DNA from: Candidatus Latescibacterota bacterium
GTDB taxonomy: Bacteria; Latescibacterota; UBA2968
NCBI GenBank assembly: GCA_965222605.1
Contig: OZ244960.1
Span: 4,000,001 to 4,064,000, forward strand
DNA length: 64,000 nucleotides
Reading direction: 5' to 3'
A model generated the notes under the pieces. It saw only the letters and a list, made by a program, of their open reading frames with translations. It did no database searches and was not told where the DNA came from. Shown one piece after another: positions 30,045-39,700 of the stretch. Numbering within the stretch: position 1 is the stretch's first letter; the number at the start of each line of letters is the position of its first letter. The position numbers were made by a program, and so were the translations under genes.

Positions 30045-32810
30045 ATGCGGTTTGGGAAATTTCACATTTTATGGGTGATTCTGGTGTTCGCGTCGTGCAA
30101 TCGAGAACGCGAGGTGCCCAATTTGGTGCGTGCTTCTGAGCCGGGGTTTACGGGGCTGGAACGGTGCGCGATTTGCCATACCGACAAGTATGCCGAGTGG
30201 CGGCAGAGTTTGCACAGTGTCGCTATGACTGTGCCGAGTGATTCGACGATTGTGGGCGATTTTGGCAATGTGTCCCATGTATATGGTGGTGTGCGTTCGC
30301 GCATGTTTCGCAGGGGCGATGCATATGATATGGAGACTGAGGGCGAGGATGGGCGCGTTGAGACTTATCGCGTGGATTACGCGATTGGCTGGCGGCAGCA
30401 TCAGGCTTATTTGACGGCTTTTCCCAATGGCCGGTGGCAGGTGTTGCCCCTGTACCACGATGGGGCGACAGATGATTGGGTCGATGCACAAGAAGGGGGT
30501 GTGGTGGAACAGTCGCGGCCTCTGGCAAATGAGGATTATTATTATTGGACGAATGCGGGACGCACGTGGAATTTTCACTGTTTTGATTGCCATGCCAGCC
30601 GGGTGCAAAAACATTACGATGTGGCGACCCATACTTATCGCACGACAGTGGGCAGTCTGAGTATTGATTGCGAGGCGTGCCATGGTCCGTCGGGCAAACA
30701 CGATGAGACGCGCGGGCAGGTCGATGCCCCGCTGCATTTGCTGTTATTGCGGTCGCTGGATAAGGAACGGTCTGTTGAGGTGTGTGCACAGTGTCATGCC
30801 GCCAAGGAAATTGTGGCAACCGGGTATTTGCCGGGTGAAAATTTTTACGATTATTATTCTCTGGTATTGCCAGATGATGAGGCGATCTTCTATCCCGATG
30901 GACAGCCCCGGGTTTATTTGTATCCCGCGGCATTGCATTTGATGAGTGCGTGTTATATTCAGGGCGAGTTGACGTGTGCGACATGCCACGACGCGCACGG
31001 AACAGCGCGCGATGTCGATCTGGTGGCGGATCGGAATGGCGTGGGGTTGTGCGAGACGTGTCATGGTGATATCGCAGCCGATCCGGTCGCGCATGGGCAT
31101 CACCGCGCGGGTAGTGTGGGCAATCAATGCGTGCAATGTCATATGCCGTATCACTATGTGACGGGCGAAAATTTGACGGATCACCGCATTGCCTCTCCTG
31201 CACCGGAAAATACGGTGGTCAATGGCGTGCCCAATGCGTGCAATCAGTGTCACGGCGACAAGTCCCCGCAATGGGCTTCTTCGTGGGCAAAGCAGTGGTA
31301 TGGCGATTATCAGCGCGAAATTGTGGCGCGTACAACGGCGATTGCCAATGCGCAACAGGGCAATGGTGCGGCGCCGTTGATGCAGTTGATAAATGACGGT
31401 ACTGAGAGTGCGGTGTGGCGCGCAACGGCTGCGTCTTTGCTGGGCGGATTGGGGGATGCGCGTGCGGTGCCAAGACTTGTTGAGGCGATGGATGACCCGC
31501 ACGCGATGGTGCGGATGAAAACCGCGATTTCGCTGGGGCGTTTGGGCGATGTGCGCGGTCTGCCCGCGCTTTTGGAGGCGTTGTCCGATTCGGCGCGCAT
31601 TGTGCGGGTGCAAGCGCCGTTCGCGCTGATGGATATTGGCTATTTGCCGGATGGTTCTGCTATGGGCGATGCGTTTCGCCGGGCACTTGAAGAGCATCGC
31701 GATGTGGTATATGGCGTGCAGGGCGACGATCCGGGTTTTCACGAGAGTTTGGGACAGGTCTATGAAGCGCAGGGGCGTTTTGAAGATGCAAGGCGGGAAT
31801 TTGAGATTGTTGCGAGACTCGATCCGCGGCATCCGGAGACTGCGGTAGATCTGGCGCGATTGGCGCGAAAACAGAAGCGTTTTGAACAGATGAGGGGGCG
31901 ACTGAAGGGGAAGGGCGATTTGATTTCTCGGTTGCGCGCAGGTGCATTGCTGTTGCATCATGGGCACTATGCAGATGCTGCGGCTGTTTTTGATGATGTG
32001 CGCGATGGTTCGCCCGTGTTGCATACCGCTGTGGGCAATGCGCGGTGGGGCAGTGGGGATCGCGCGGGTGCTATTGAAGCCTATCGCCGCGCGCTTGCTA
32101 TTGCGCCGGGATACAAGCCGGCGATTCGACAACTCGCGTTATTGGCGTTTTCGGCTGGGGATGGCGAGGTGCGCGATGATTATGAGTGGGACGAGATGCC
32201 GGTAGGCGATTGGGTAAAAAAAGGAATAGAGCACGCGCTATCGGGCGATTGGGCCTTGGCACGCGCGGCTTATGGCAGGGCGTTGGAAATGGAGGATGTG
32301 GGTACGGGATTATTTGGGTTGGGCAGGCGGGCGAGAGATGTGGGGATTGTAAAGTCGGATTCGGCTTTTGCTGTTGGGCACCGCGTCTATGTCCAGGGTG
32401 CGCTCGCAGATGCGTTGCCCCATTTTGAAGTTGCGAAAAAATACTTGGCCAACCGCGCTGATGTGTATGCGATGCAGGGGTTGATTCGCGCTGATTTGGG
32501 CGATTTGGAGATTGCGGAATTCCTTATGCTGGATGCGCTGATTGTCGATCCTTTTTATGTGCCCGCGCTTACTGTGTTGGGTACGGTTTTACAGGAGCGC
32601 GGCGATATCGAAGGTGCGCTGTCTGTGTATCGGCAAGCGTGGGTGTTGGATCCAGAAGCGCAGGGATTGGAGTTGTTTATGGGGCAGGCTTATGCCATAA
32701 GCGGGCAGCGAGATAGTGCGGTTGCGGTTTTGCGGCGCGTGATTGCGCGCGAGCCGGGCAATGCGCAGGTGCGCGATTTGTTGCGAGAATTGGAAGGGCG
32801 TGAATTGTGA
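30045..32810 (+). CDS. Octaheme cytochrome c + HEAT + TPR lipoprotein
   Basis: Eight CxxCH (CAICH, CFDCH, CEACH, CAQCH, CATCH, CETCH, CVQCH, CNQCH), HEAT-like DARAVP.L.EA..D..VR repeats, C-terminal TPRs. Confidence 0.88.
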   Translation: MRFGKFHILWVILVFASCNREREVPNLVRASEPGFTGLERCAICHTDKYAEWRQSLHSVAMTVPSDSTIVGDFGNVSHVYGGVRSRMFRRGDAYDMETEGEDGRVETYRVDYAIGWRQHQAYLTAFPNGRWQVLPLYHDGATDDWVDAQEGGVVEQSRPLANEDYYYWTNAGRTWNFHCFDCHASRVQKHYDVATHTYRTTVGSLSIDCEACHGPSGKHDETRGQVDAPLHLLLLRSLDKERSVEVCAQCHAAKEIVATGYLPGENFYDYYSLVLPDDEAIFYPDGQPRVYLYPAALHLMSACYIQGELTCATCHDAHGTARDVDLVADRNGVGLCETCHGDIAADPVAHGHHRAGSVGNQCVQCHMPYHYVTGENLTDHRIASPAPENTVVNGVPNACNQCHGDKSPQWASSWAKQWYGDYQREIVARTTAIANAQQGNGAAPLMQLINDGTESAVWRATAASLLGGLGDARAVPRLVEAMDDPHAMVRMKTAISLGRLGDVRGLPALLEALSDSARIVRVQAPFALMDIGYLPDGSAMGDAFRRALEEHRDVVYGVQGDDPGFHESLGQVYEAQGRFEDARREFEIVARLDPRHPETAVDLARLARKQKRFEQMRGRLKGKGDLISRLRAGALLLHHGHYADAAAVFDDVRDGSPVLHTAVGNARWGSGDRAGAIEAYRRALAIAPGYKPAIRQLALLAFSAGDGEVRDDYEWDEMPVGDWVKKGIEHALSGDWALARAAYGRALEMEDVGTGLFGLGRRARDVGIVKSDSAFAVGHRVYVQGALADALPHFEVAKKYLANRADVYAMQGLIRADLGDLEIAEFLMLDALIVDPFYVPALTVLGTVLQERGDIEGALSVYRQAWVLDPEAQGLELFMGQAYAISGQRDSAVAVLRRVIAREPGNAQVRDLLRELEGREL

Positions 32811-34018
32811 AGGTCTGGATGAAAATTGTTGGTATTGGCGTGCTGGTATTGGGTTGTGTCTGGGGTGTGTTTTATATGTTGCAGCCGGAAGAGGCAGTTC
32901 GGTTTGTTGCACATCCGGGTTTTTTGTGGCGCATCCAGAGTGACCAGTCGTGCGAAGGATGTCATCGGAATATCGATCCGGGCATGGACAAACAGTGGCG
33001 CGAGAGTGCCCATTTTCAGGCCAATGTGGGGTGTGCGGATTGTCACGGTGATAATCACGAGACGGTTTTTGCGGTTCGGGGACAGGTGTCGGCAGGTATG
33101 TGTGGCAAATGCCACGAAAAAGAGGTTGCGGCATTTGCAGAGAGCGGGCATGCCGATGCGGAATTGGCCGCGTTGTCGGATGCGCGTTTTTTGGCACAGT
33201 CGCGCGCGATGCAAGAAGAGGGGTGTATGGGGTGTCACAGTATTGGTGCCCGGTTTGCCGATGGCAGTGTGGGGGGGTGCAACACCTGTCATCCGAGTCA
33301 TGAATTTAGTGTTGCGTTTGCGCGAGAACCCGAGGCCTGTGAAGTTTGTCACGGGGGTCCGGACCATCCCGTGATGGAGGCGTATAAAACGAGTGTTCAC
33401 GGGGTATTGTACTATATGGATAGAGATGCCGAGAAATCGCCGAGTTGCGTGACGTGTCACATGCCCAATGGCGATCACGGGCATGTGGCAAATATCGGGT
33501 TGGGTGCGGTGTTTACGGGTGCGGTGCTCGAGGAGGATTTTTTGCCGCATCTGGCGATGAAGCGGCTGACAAAAGAGGCGTTTGAGGCGAATCGCAAAGC
33601 GATGTTGCAGGTGTGCGCGCCGTGTCATTCCAATCGGTTTTCTCGAGAGAGTCTCGAGCGCGCAGATGCGATTAAGCGCGAGGCAGACGCGCTGGTTGCA
33701 GAGTCTTATGCGTTGATTAAGGCATTGTACGATGAGGATGCGCTGGATCCCATGCCCGAGGACCGTCCGGCCAATCCGGTGGTTGGACACGCTTTTGAGC
33801 TGGGCGGACAGCAGTTGTACGAAAACACATCGGAGATTGAACAGGCGTTTTTCAGGTTGTTCAAGTTTTATCACGCGACCACGTTTAAGGCGGCGTATCA
33901 CCATTCGCCAGATTATACGCATTGGGAGGGTATTGTGCGGATGAAGATGGAGATGGATAAAATCCGCACGGAGGCAAGGCGGTTGCAAGCAGAGGCGAAA
34001 AAAGAAGACAGCGAATAA
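32807..34018 (+). CDS. Octaheme cytochrome c, hydroxylamine oxidoreductase-like
   Basis: Eight CxxCH; CNTCH.SHEFS..AREPEACEVCH.GPDHP; C-terminal HHSPDYTHWEG; N-terminal membrane anchor. Confidence 0.82.
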   Translation: MKVWMKIVGIGVLVLGCVWGVFYMLQPEEAVRFVAHPGFLWRIQSDQSCEGCHRNIDPGMDKQWRESAHFQANVGCADCHGDNHETVFAVRGQVSAGMCGKCHEKEVAAFAESGHADAELAALSDARFLAQSRAMQEEGCMGCHSIGARFADGSVGGCNTCHPSHEFSVAFAREPEACEVCHGGPDHPVMEAYKTSVHGVLYYMDRDAEKSPSCVTCHMPNGDHGHVANIGLGAVFTGAVLEEDFLPHLAMKRLTKEAFEANRKAMLQVCAPCHSNRFSRESLERADAIKREADALVAESYALIKALYDEDALDPMPEDRPANPVVGHAFELGGQQLYENTSEIEQAFFRLFKFYHATTFKAAYHHSPDYTHWEGIVRMKMEMDKIRTEARRLQAEAKKEDSE

Positions 34019-34020
34019 GC

Positions 34021-34088
34021 GGTGTACAACTGGTCGATGAACGGGTCTGGGGAACGACCCGTTGTACACCATTTCCAGACCAGTTCAT
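34021..34088. repeat. 34-bp hairpin element with an inverted copy nested in its loop
   Basis: Outer GGTGTAC-AACTGGTC-G[..]ATTTCCA-GACCAGTT-CAT; inner 34037-34070 is the reverse complement of GGTGTAC-AACGGGTC-GTTCCCCA-GACCCGTT-CAT. Confidence 0.85.
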
Positions 34089-34215
34089 TTGAGCTGCCTC
34101 ACGGATTAACACAGCACAGGCGCAGCCTACAATGGAGCGATTTTGACAGTGATAGAGGCGACCCAGGATTAGGTGTGTTCAGGGTCAATTTTGAGAAAGG
34201 CGATGAGGTTAGCCA

Positions 34216-35244
34216 ATGAAAAAAAAGCAAGTTACCATCAAGGACATTGCAAGAAAGTTGGGGATTTCGTTTTCAACAGTTTCACGGGCATTGTCTCCAC
34301 ATGCTTCGATAGTGGTGAAGACGCAGACCCGAGATCTGGTGCGACAAACAGCCGCCGCGATGGACTACAGTCCCAATTTGATAGCGCGGGGGATGGTGAT
34401 GGGGAAGACGGGTACCCTGGGTCTGCTGACCTACCAGATTTCCCGGGAGACGTCTGGACGTCAGATCGACCAGATCCTGAGGATGGCTGACAAGCAGAAT
34501 TATCAGATTTTGTTGAGAATGGCCGCTCATCGAACGCCTCTATCTCCGATGGACGACCAGGTCATACAGATCAAGCAGTTGATTTCAAGGGGCATAGACG
34601 GACTCTTGATTAACACACGGGGCGATGGAGAAGAGTCAGAGCGCATTTTGAACATCGTGAGGGGACAAGTGCCAGTGGTGACCTTTCACTACCCGACTCA
34701 CAACCTGAGCGGGGTTGTGCTGGACCTGGTAGCAGATTTTTACGCGGCCACAGAGCATTTGATCGAGTTGGGTCACGAGCGGATCGGGTTTATCGGACCG
34801 GACTGGGATGAGACCAGTCCGGTTTCAGCCAAGGGTAAGGGGTATTTTCTGGCGATGCAAAAGCACGGCCTGACGCCTGAATTCTTACCTGCCCTGGGCA
34901 TCTATGCAGAAGGGGGGTATATCCAGAGCAAAAGGCTCGGTGACCGGTTTACGGCCCTTTTGTGCCGGGACGATTATACAGCGATAGGCGTTTGTAGAGG
35001 GCTACGGGAATTGGGTCTTCGCGTACCCGAGGATGTAGCCGTGGTGGGTCACGGGGATATTGACGTATCGGCTTATGTGACGCCATCACTGACCACACTG
35101 GTAACGCCTTACGAGGCGATTGCCCAGGCTGCGATGGATCTGATGCTGGAACAACTTCAGGGGCAAGATGAGCCTCGGCAAGTGACCTTGAGATCGCATC
35201 TAATCGTGCGGGAATCCTGTGGAACGAACAAAAGTGAAGAATGA
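34216..35244 (+). CDS. LacI-family transcriptional regulator (copy 1)
   Basis: VTIKDIARKLGISFSTVSRAL HTH, YSPN..AR hinge, VPEDVAVVG, PSLTT. Confidence 0.95.
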   Translation: MKKKQVTIKDIARKLGISFSTVSRALSPHASIVVKTQTRDLVRQTAAAMDYSPNLIARGMVMGKTGTLGLLTYQISRETSGRQIDQILRMADKQNYQILLRMAAHRTPLSPMDDQVIQIKQLISRGIDGLLINTRGDGEESERILNIVRGQVPVVTFHYPTHNLSGVVLDLVADFYAATEHLIELGHERIGFIGPDWDETSPVSAKGKGYFLAMQKHGLTPEFLPALGIYAEGGYIQSKRLGDRFTALLCRDDYTAIGVCRGLRELGLRVPEDVAVVGHGDIDVSAYVTPSLTTLVTPYEAIAQAAMDLMLEQLQGQDEPRQVTLRSHLIVRESCGTNKSEE

Positions 35245-35292
35245 TTAATGCTTGACATTGGGAGAAATTTTATGGAAAAGTTCAAATAATAC

Positions 35293-35344
35293 TTGACATT
35301 TGAAGTGTGACTAATTATTTTAAGTATTGATACAATCGTATGCA
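35293..35344 (+). promoter_or_regulatory. Sigma70-type promoter with overlapping LacI-type operator candidate
   Basis: TTGACA-17 nt-TATTTT, followed by imperfect palindrome TGATACAATCGTATGCA; conserved in the 47.9-kb copy and partly at 36.6 kb. Confidence 0.6.
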
Positions 35345-35353
35345 TTAATGTAG

Positions 35354-35437
35354 AAAAAAATAAAAGTCGAACGAGGACAGGTCCTGCCAGACAAACCCCG
35401 TTCGACCCAAATGCACAACGTAAACCACATCGTGCTG
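35354..35437 (-). ncRNA. Putative antisense small RNA (two hairpins + U-tail)
   Basis: Minus-strand TTGCTT-17-TATATT promoter (35471-35443); hairpins pair better on the minus strand through G-U pairs; ends in a U-rich tract. Confidence 0.55.
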
Positions 35438-35533
35438 TTTATAATATAGTTTAAGGGAGAGCATTAAGCAACAGGAAAAATCAAAACCGATCAGGCAGCC
35501 TTTATGTCACTTACCTGGCGAAAGGATTAGCAA

Positions 35534-36562
35534 ATGAAAAAGAGGCAAGTTACCATCAAGGACATTGCAAGGAAGTTGGGGATTTCGTATTCAACAGTCT
35601 CAAGGGCATTGTCTCCGCATGCGTCGATAGTGGTGAAGACGCAGACCCGAGATCTGGTGCGACAAACAGCCGCCGATATGGACTACAGTCCCAATTTGAT
35701 GGCGCGGGGGGTTGTGACAGGGAAGGCGGGCACACTGGGTCTGCTGACCTACCATATTGCTTTGGAGACGTTTGGACATCAGACCGACCAGATTCTGCGA
35801 GCGGCTGACAAGTGGGATTATCAGATTATGCTGAGAATGGCCGCTAACCGGCTTCCTCAGGATCTACTTGACGACCAAACCTTGCAGATCAGGCAGTTGA
35901 TTTCTCGTGGCATAGATGGACTCTTGATTCACACGCGGGGCGATGAAGAAGAATCAGAGCGCATTTTGAACATCGTGAGAGGACAAGTGCCAGTGGTGAC
36001 CTTTCACTACCCGACTCACAACCTGAGCGGGGTTGTGCTGGACCTGGTAGCAGATTTTTACGAGGCTACAGAGCATTTGATCAAGTTGGGTCACGAGCAG
36101 ATCGGGTTTATCGGAAAGGACTGGAATCAGACCAGCCCGGTTTCATCCAAGGGTAAGGGGTATCTTTTAGCGATGCAAAAGCATAGCCTGACGCCCAAAC
36201 ACATACCTGACTCCACCATCTATGCAGAGGGAGGGTATCTCCTGGGCAAAGAACTCGGTGACCGGTTTACAGCCTTTGTGTGCCGGGACGATTATACAGC
36301 CATAGGCGTTTGTAGAGGGCTACAAGAATTGGGTCTGCGCGTACCCGATGATGTGGCTGTAGTGGGTCACGGAGATATTGACGTGGCGGCTTATATGATG
36401 CCAGCGTTGACGACACTGGTAACTCCTTACGAGGCGATTGCCCAAGCTGCGATGGATTTGATGCTGGAACAGCTCGACGGACAGAATACGTCTCGGCAAG
36501 TGACCTTGAGATCGCATCTAATCGTGCGGGAATCCTGTGGGGCGAACAAAGGTGAAAAATGA
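35534..36562 (+). CDS. LacI-family transcriptional regulator (copy 2)
   Basis: Same motifs as copy 1, close paralogue. Confidence 0.95.
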   Translation: MKKRQVTIKDIARKLGISYSTVSRALSPHASIVVKTQTRDLVRQTAADMDYSPNLMARGVVTGKAGTLGLLTYHIALETFGHQTDQILRAADKWDYQIMLRMAANRLPQDLLDDQTLQIRQLISRGIDGLLIHTRGDEEESERILNIVRGQVPVVTFHYPTHNLSGVVLDLVADFYEATEHLIKLGHEQIGFIGKDWNQTSPVSSKGKGYLLAMQKHSLTPKHIPDSTIYAEGGYLLGKELGDRFTAFVCRDDYTAIGVCRGLQELGLRVPDDVAVVGHGDIDVAAYMMPALTTLVTPYEAIAQAAMDLMLEQLDGQNTSRQVTLRSHLIVRESCGANKGEK

Positions 36563-36569
36563 TCGAAGA

Positions 36570-36735
36570 AATGCTTGACATTGGGAGAAATTTTATGGAA
36601 GTGTGACTAATTATTTCGAGTATTGATACAAACGTATGTATAAATATGTATGGAAAAATGAAAAATAAAAGTCGAAACGAGGACAGGTCCCGCCAGACAA
36701 ACCTCGTTCGACCCAAATGCACAATGTAAATCATG
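36570..36735 (+). repeat. Internally deleted third copy of the lacI leader, upstream of the giant gene
   Basis: Shares ATGCTTGACATTGGGAGAAATTTTATGGAA, operator-like TGATACAAACGTATG and the GTCGAA..GTTCGACCC hairpin. Confidence 0.85.
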
Positions 36736-36775
36736 TCGTTCATGTCGTGCTCATTACAAGTGTGAGGAATTCAAC

Positions 36776-39700
36776 ATGCAGAAATTACTACTTCGCAGAC
36801 GATCTGCCTATGCCTCGATTTTTGCAGTTACACTCGCCGTCCTATTGATTCAATCGTTTTCTCCTTCCTCACAGACCAGTAGTTTTTCTCTTTCTCTGGA
36901 TTTGGATGAGGCTGTGGGCGGTCAGGCCATGCACTCTCTCAATGTATCTCCCGATCAGGATGTTTCCATTCAGATTTTTGGTACAGATATCCAAAATGCG
37001 AGCGATCTTTCTGTTCGTATTGAATACGATGCCACTCAGGTTGTTTACGAAGGGTTTGATACAGGTGATGTGTTGCCCAATGTCCGGGTCCAGAAAGGGG
37101 ATTCAACTGCCGTTTCACGCACGCCGGGACAAGCGAGCTTTGTCCAGATCAACCTGGCGTCTTTGGGTGGCTCTGCAACAGTCAACAGCGGTCTGATGGG
37201 TACACTGCGTTTTTTGACCACGGATGCGTTTTTGGGCACAGAGATTCGGTTGGTGCGTGCTGAGCTTGGCCGGGGGGAACAATCTGAGGCAGTGCCTCTA
37301 TCCCTCAGTGTTGCCCTACGGGTCGCTGCAGCCTCTTCCCCAGACTTTGACGGGAGTGGGACTGTAGATTTTCCCGACTTTTTGTTTTTAGTAAGTGTTT
37401 TTGGATCTCGACTTAACGATGGAAAGTACGAGACAAAGTACGATCTGGATGGCAATGGCGAAATTGCATTTGATGACTTCTTGATCTTTGTCAGTAGCTT
37501 TGGCAAGTCTGTTGACACCATTGACCAACCTTACGCTACTAAGCGTGTTGCTACCTCTTCTGATTTTCTCAGCGTCTGTGATCGCACCCCGCAAGTGCGC
37601 GACGCGATAGTAACGGCTCTCGGTGCAACAGATTGTGGGAGTGTCACAGAACAAGACTTGTCTAATCTAACGAATCGATTAGCGATATATGGCAGTTCGG
37701 AGAGTTCTATTTCGGCTTTGAAAGTTGGAGATTTTTCGGGACTGTCAGAGTTAAGACGTCTGAGGTTAATAAACAACAGTTTAACAACGCTTGACAACAA
37801 TGTTTTTGTGGGAATGTCGAAGTTAAAGACTTTGGAGGTTAGTGGAGGCGATATTTCAGATATTCATGCAGGGGCGTTTGGAGGATTGGATAGTCTTTCG
37901 GCCTTGTCATTAGAGGATAATAATATAACGAGTCTTCAGGACAATACTTTTGAGCCTTTGACAAAACTTAGGATTTTGAGGTTGAATAGCAACGATATTA
38001 CAAGTGTTTCATCTTTGCCTTTGGATGATTTGTCGGGGGTGCTAGTTCTTGATTTGTATCTTGCGTCCAATAAGATTGCGAGTCTCAGTTCAAGAGATTT
38101 TGCCGACGTTTCATCAAATTTGATTTTTTTAGATTTGCAAGGGAATAAGCTTTCCGCGTTACCAGACAGTCTTTTTTATAATATGGTAAATCTGCTAAAA
38201 TTGGATTTTCGGAGTAATAGTGTTGATCCTCTGAATATGCGAGTAAGCCTTGAGAGAATCCAAAATTCAGATAGGACTTCTGATAAGTTTTTTGCGAAGG
38301 TTCATACAGGCGCACCTTTCGATCTTAATGTTCCCGTTACAGTTTCTGGCGGAACGCTGGACGTTGATAATAATGTTGTGACGATTTCTGCCGGGTCTAT
38401 GAGCAGTTCTGTCGTGACCGCGACCAGGATTGATGCGACAGCGGATAACGATATTACTGTAACACTCGGAGACGTTCAAATTTCAATGGGAGACATTCAA
38501 AATACAAGTGATAGAAGAAGAGGTCTTGCGTTTGAAAAGGTCTCCAATTCAATAACATTGTCGCCGGAAGTTGTCGCAGTTTTTGTATTTGAGCCGAGTG
38601 TTACCTGGGGTAATGAACAGGTTTCTTTTGTGAGTGCAGATGCGTTTGGTGTGGAGGAAAACAGTTCTAATGTTGGCACTGTGTCTGCAAGGATTTATCG
38701 GAGGCCGTCGGAGTTCAAAGATTTGGGGGATATAACGGGTTTAACGTCGGGTAAGGGGTATTTTGAGAATAATGAGTCTCTCGGAGATGGGAATCATGAG
38801 AAGTATTATCGTTTTGTTTTGACCCAACCGAAGGTGCTAAATATTGGCTTGAGGCAGTTGGATGTTGACACTGATTTGATATTGGAGGATGCAGACGGTA
38901 GTGAGTTGCCTCTCGGAACGTCGAACGATCCTTCCGATCCTTCCAAGAAAAGGATAATAGTTTCTTTATGTGAAGGGACGTACTACGCTCATGTGAAGGT
39001 TAAGGATTTAGGGGAGAATGTATTTAATTTCCGTTATGGGATAGTGCCGGGCAGTCCGGATGCTTCTGAAGTTTCTCGGTTAAGGGGTCGGTCTATCGGT
39101 GGTGCAGTATCTGGTTATACTGTGTCTGGCGGTTCAGATGGGGATAAATTTTCTATCTCTGAGAGTGGTTTATTGACGTTTAATGATGTACCGAATTATG
39201 AGGATCCGCTGGATGTGGCGAGTACTTCTCCGTTAAATGATGCGGGTAATAATGAATATGTTGTGGTAGTGACGGGGCGCGGTGAAAGTAGTTCAGGAAC
39301 GCAGTCTATTGTTGTGACTGTTTCGGATAAGGATGACGAGGCACCGGGTCAACCTGCTGTGCCGACCGTAGCAGAGGCGACGTTGACGACGCTGAAAGTG
39401 ACGTGGGAAGTTCCTGCGAATACGGGACCTGAGATCACGGACTACGATGTGCAGTATAAGGCGAGTGGTGAGAGCGAATTTACCGATGCGGAATACGATG
39501 GCACGGATTTGACTTTGACGCTTACGGGCTTGAAACCGGGTACGAGTTATGAGGTGCAGGTGCGTGCAGAGAATGATGAAGGCTCAGGTGCGTGGTCTGA
39601 TTCGGGTAGTGGGATGACCATTGAGAATCAGGCTCCGGTGTTCACGAGCAATGCGACATTCGAGGTGAAAGAAAATAACACAACGGTTGGCGCAGTGTCC

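Larger units (their letters stand above)
35247..36546 (+). repeat. ~1.3-kb direct repeat (leader + lacI), copy A; partner at 47845-49147
   Basis: Near-identical sequence at an offset of about 12600 bp. Confidence 0.93.

Noticed and set aside
32807-34018. Evidence of ammonia oxidation
   Set aside because: No amo, cycA or cycB context; HAO-like octahemes are widespread
35366-35406. Cobalamin or c-di-GMP riboswitch
   Set aside because: Only a CTGCCAG fragment resembles them; the core motifs are absent and the structure favours the minus strand
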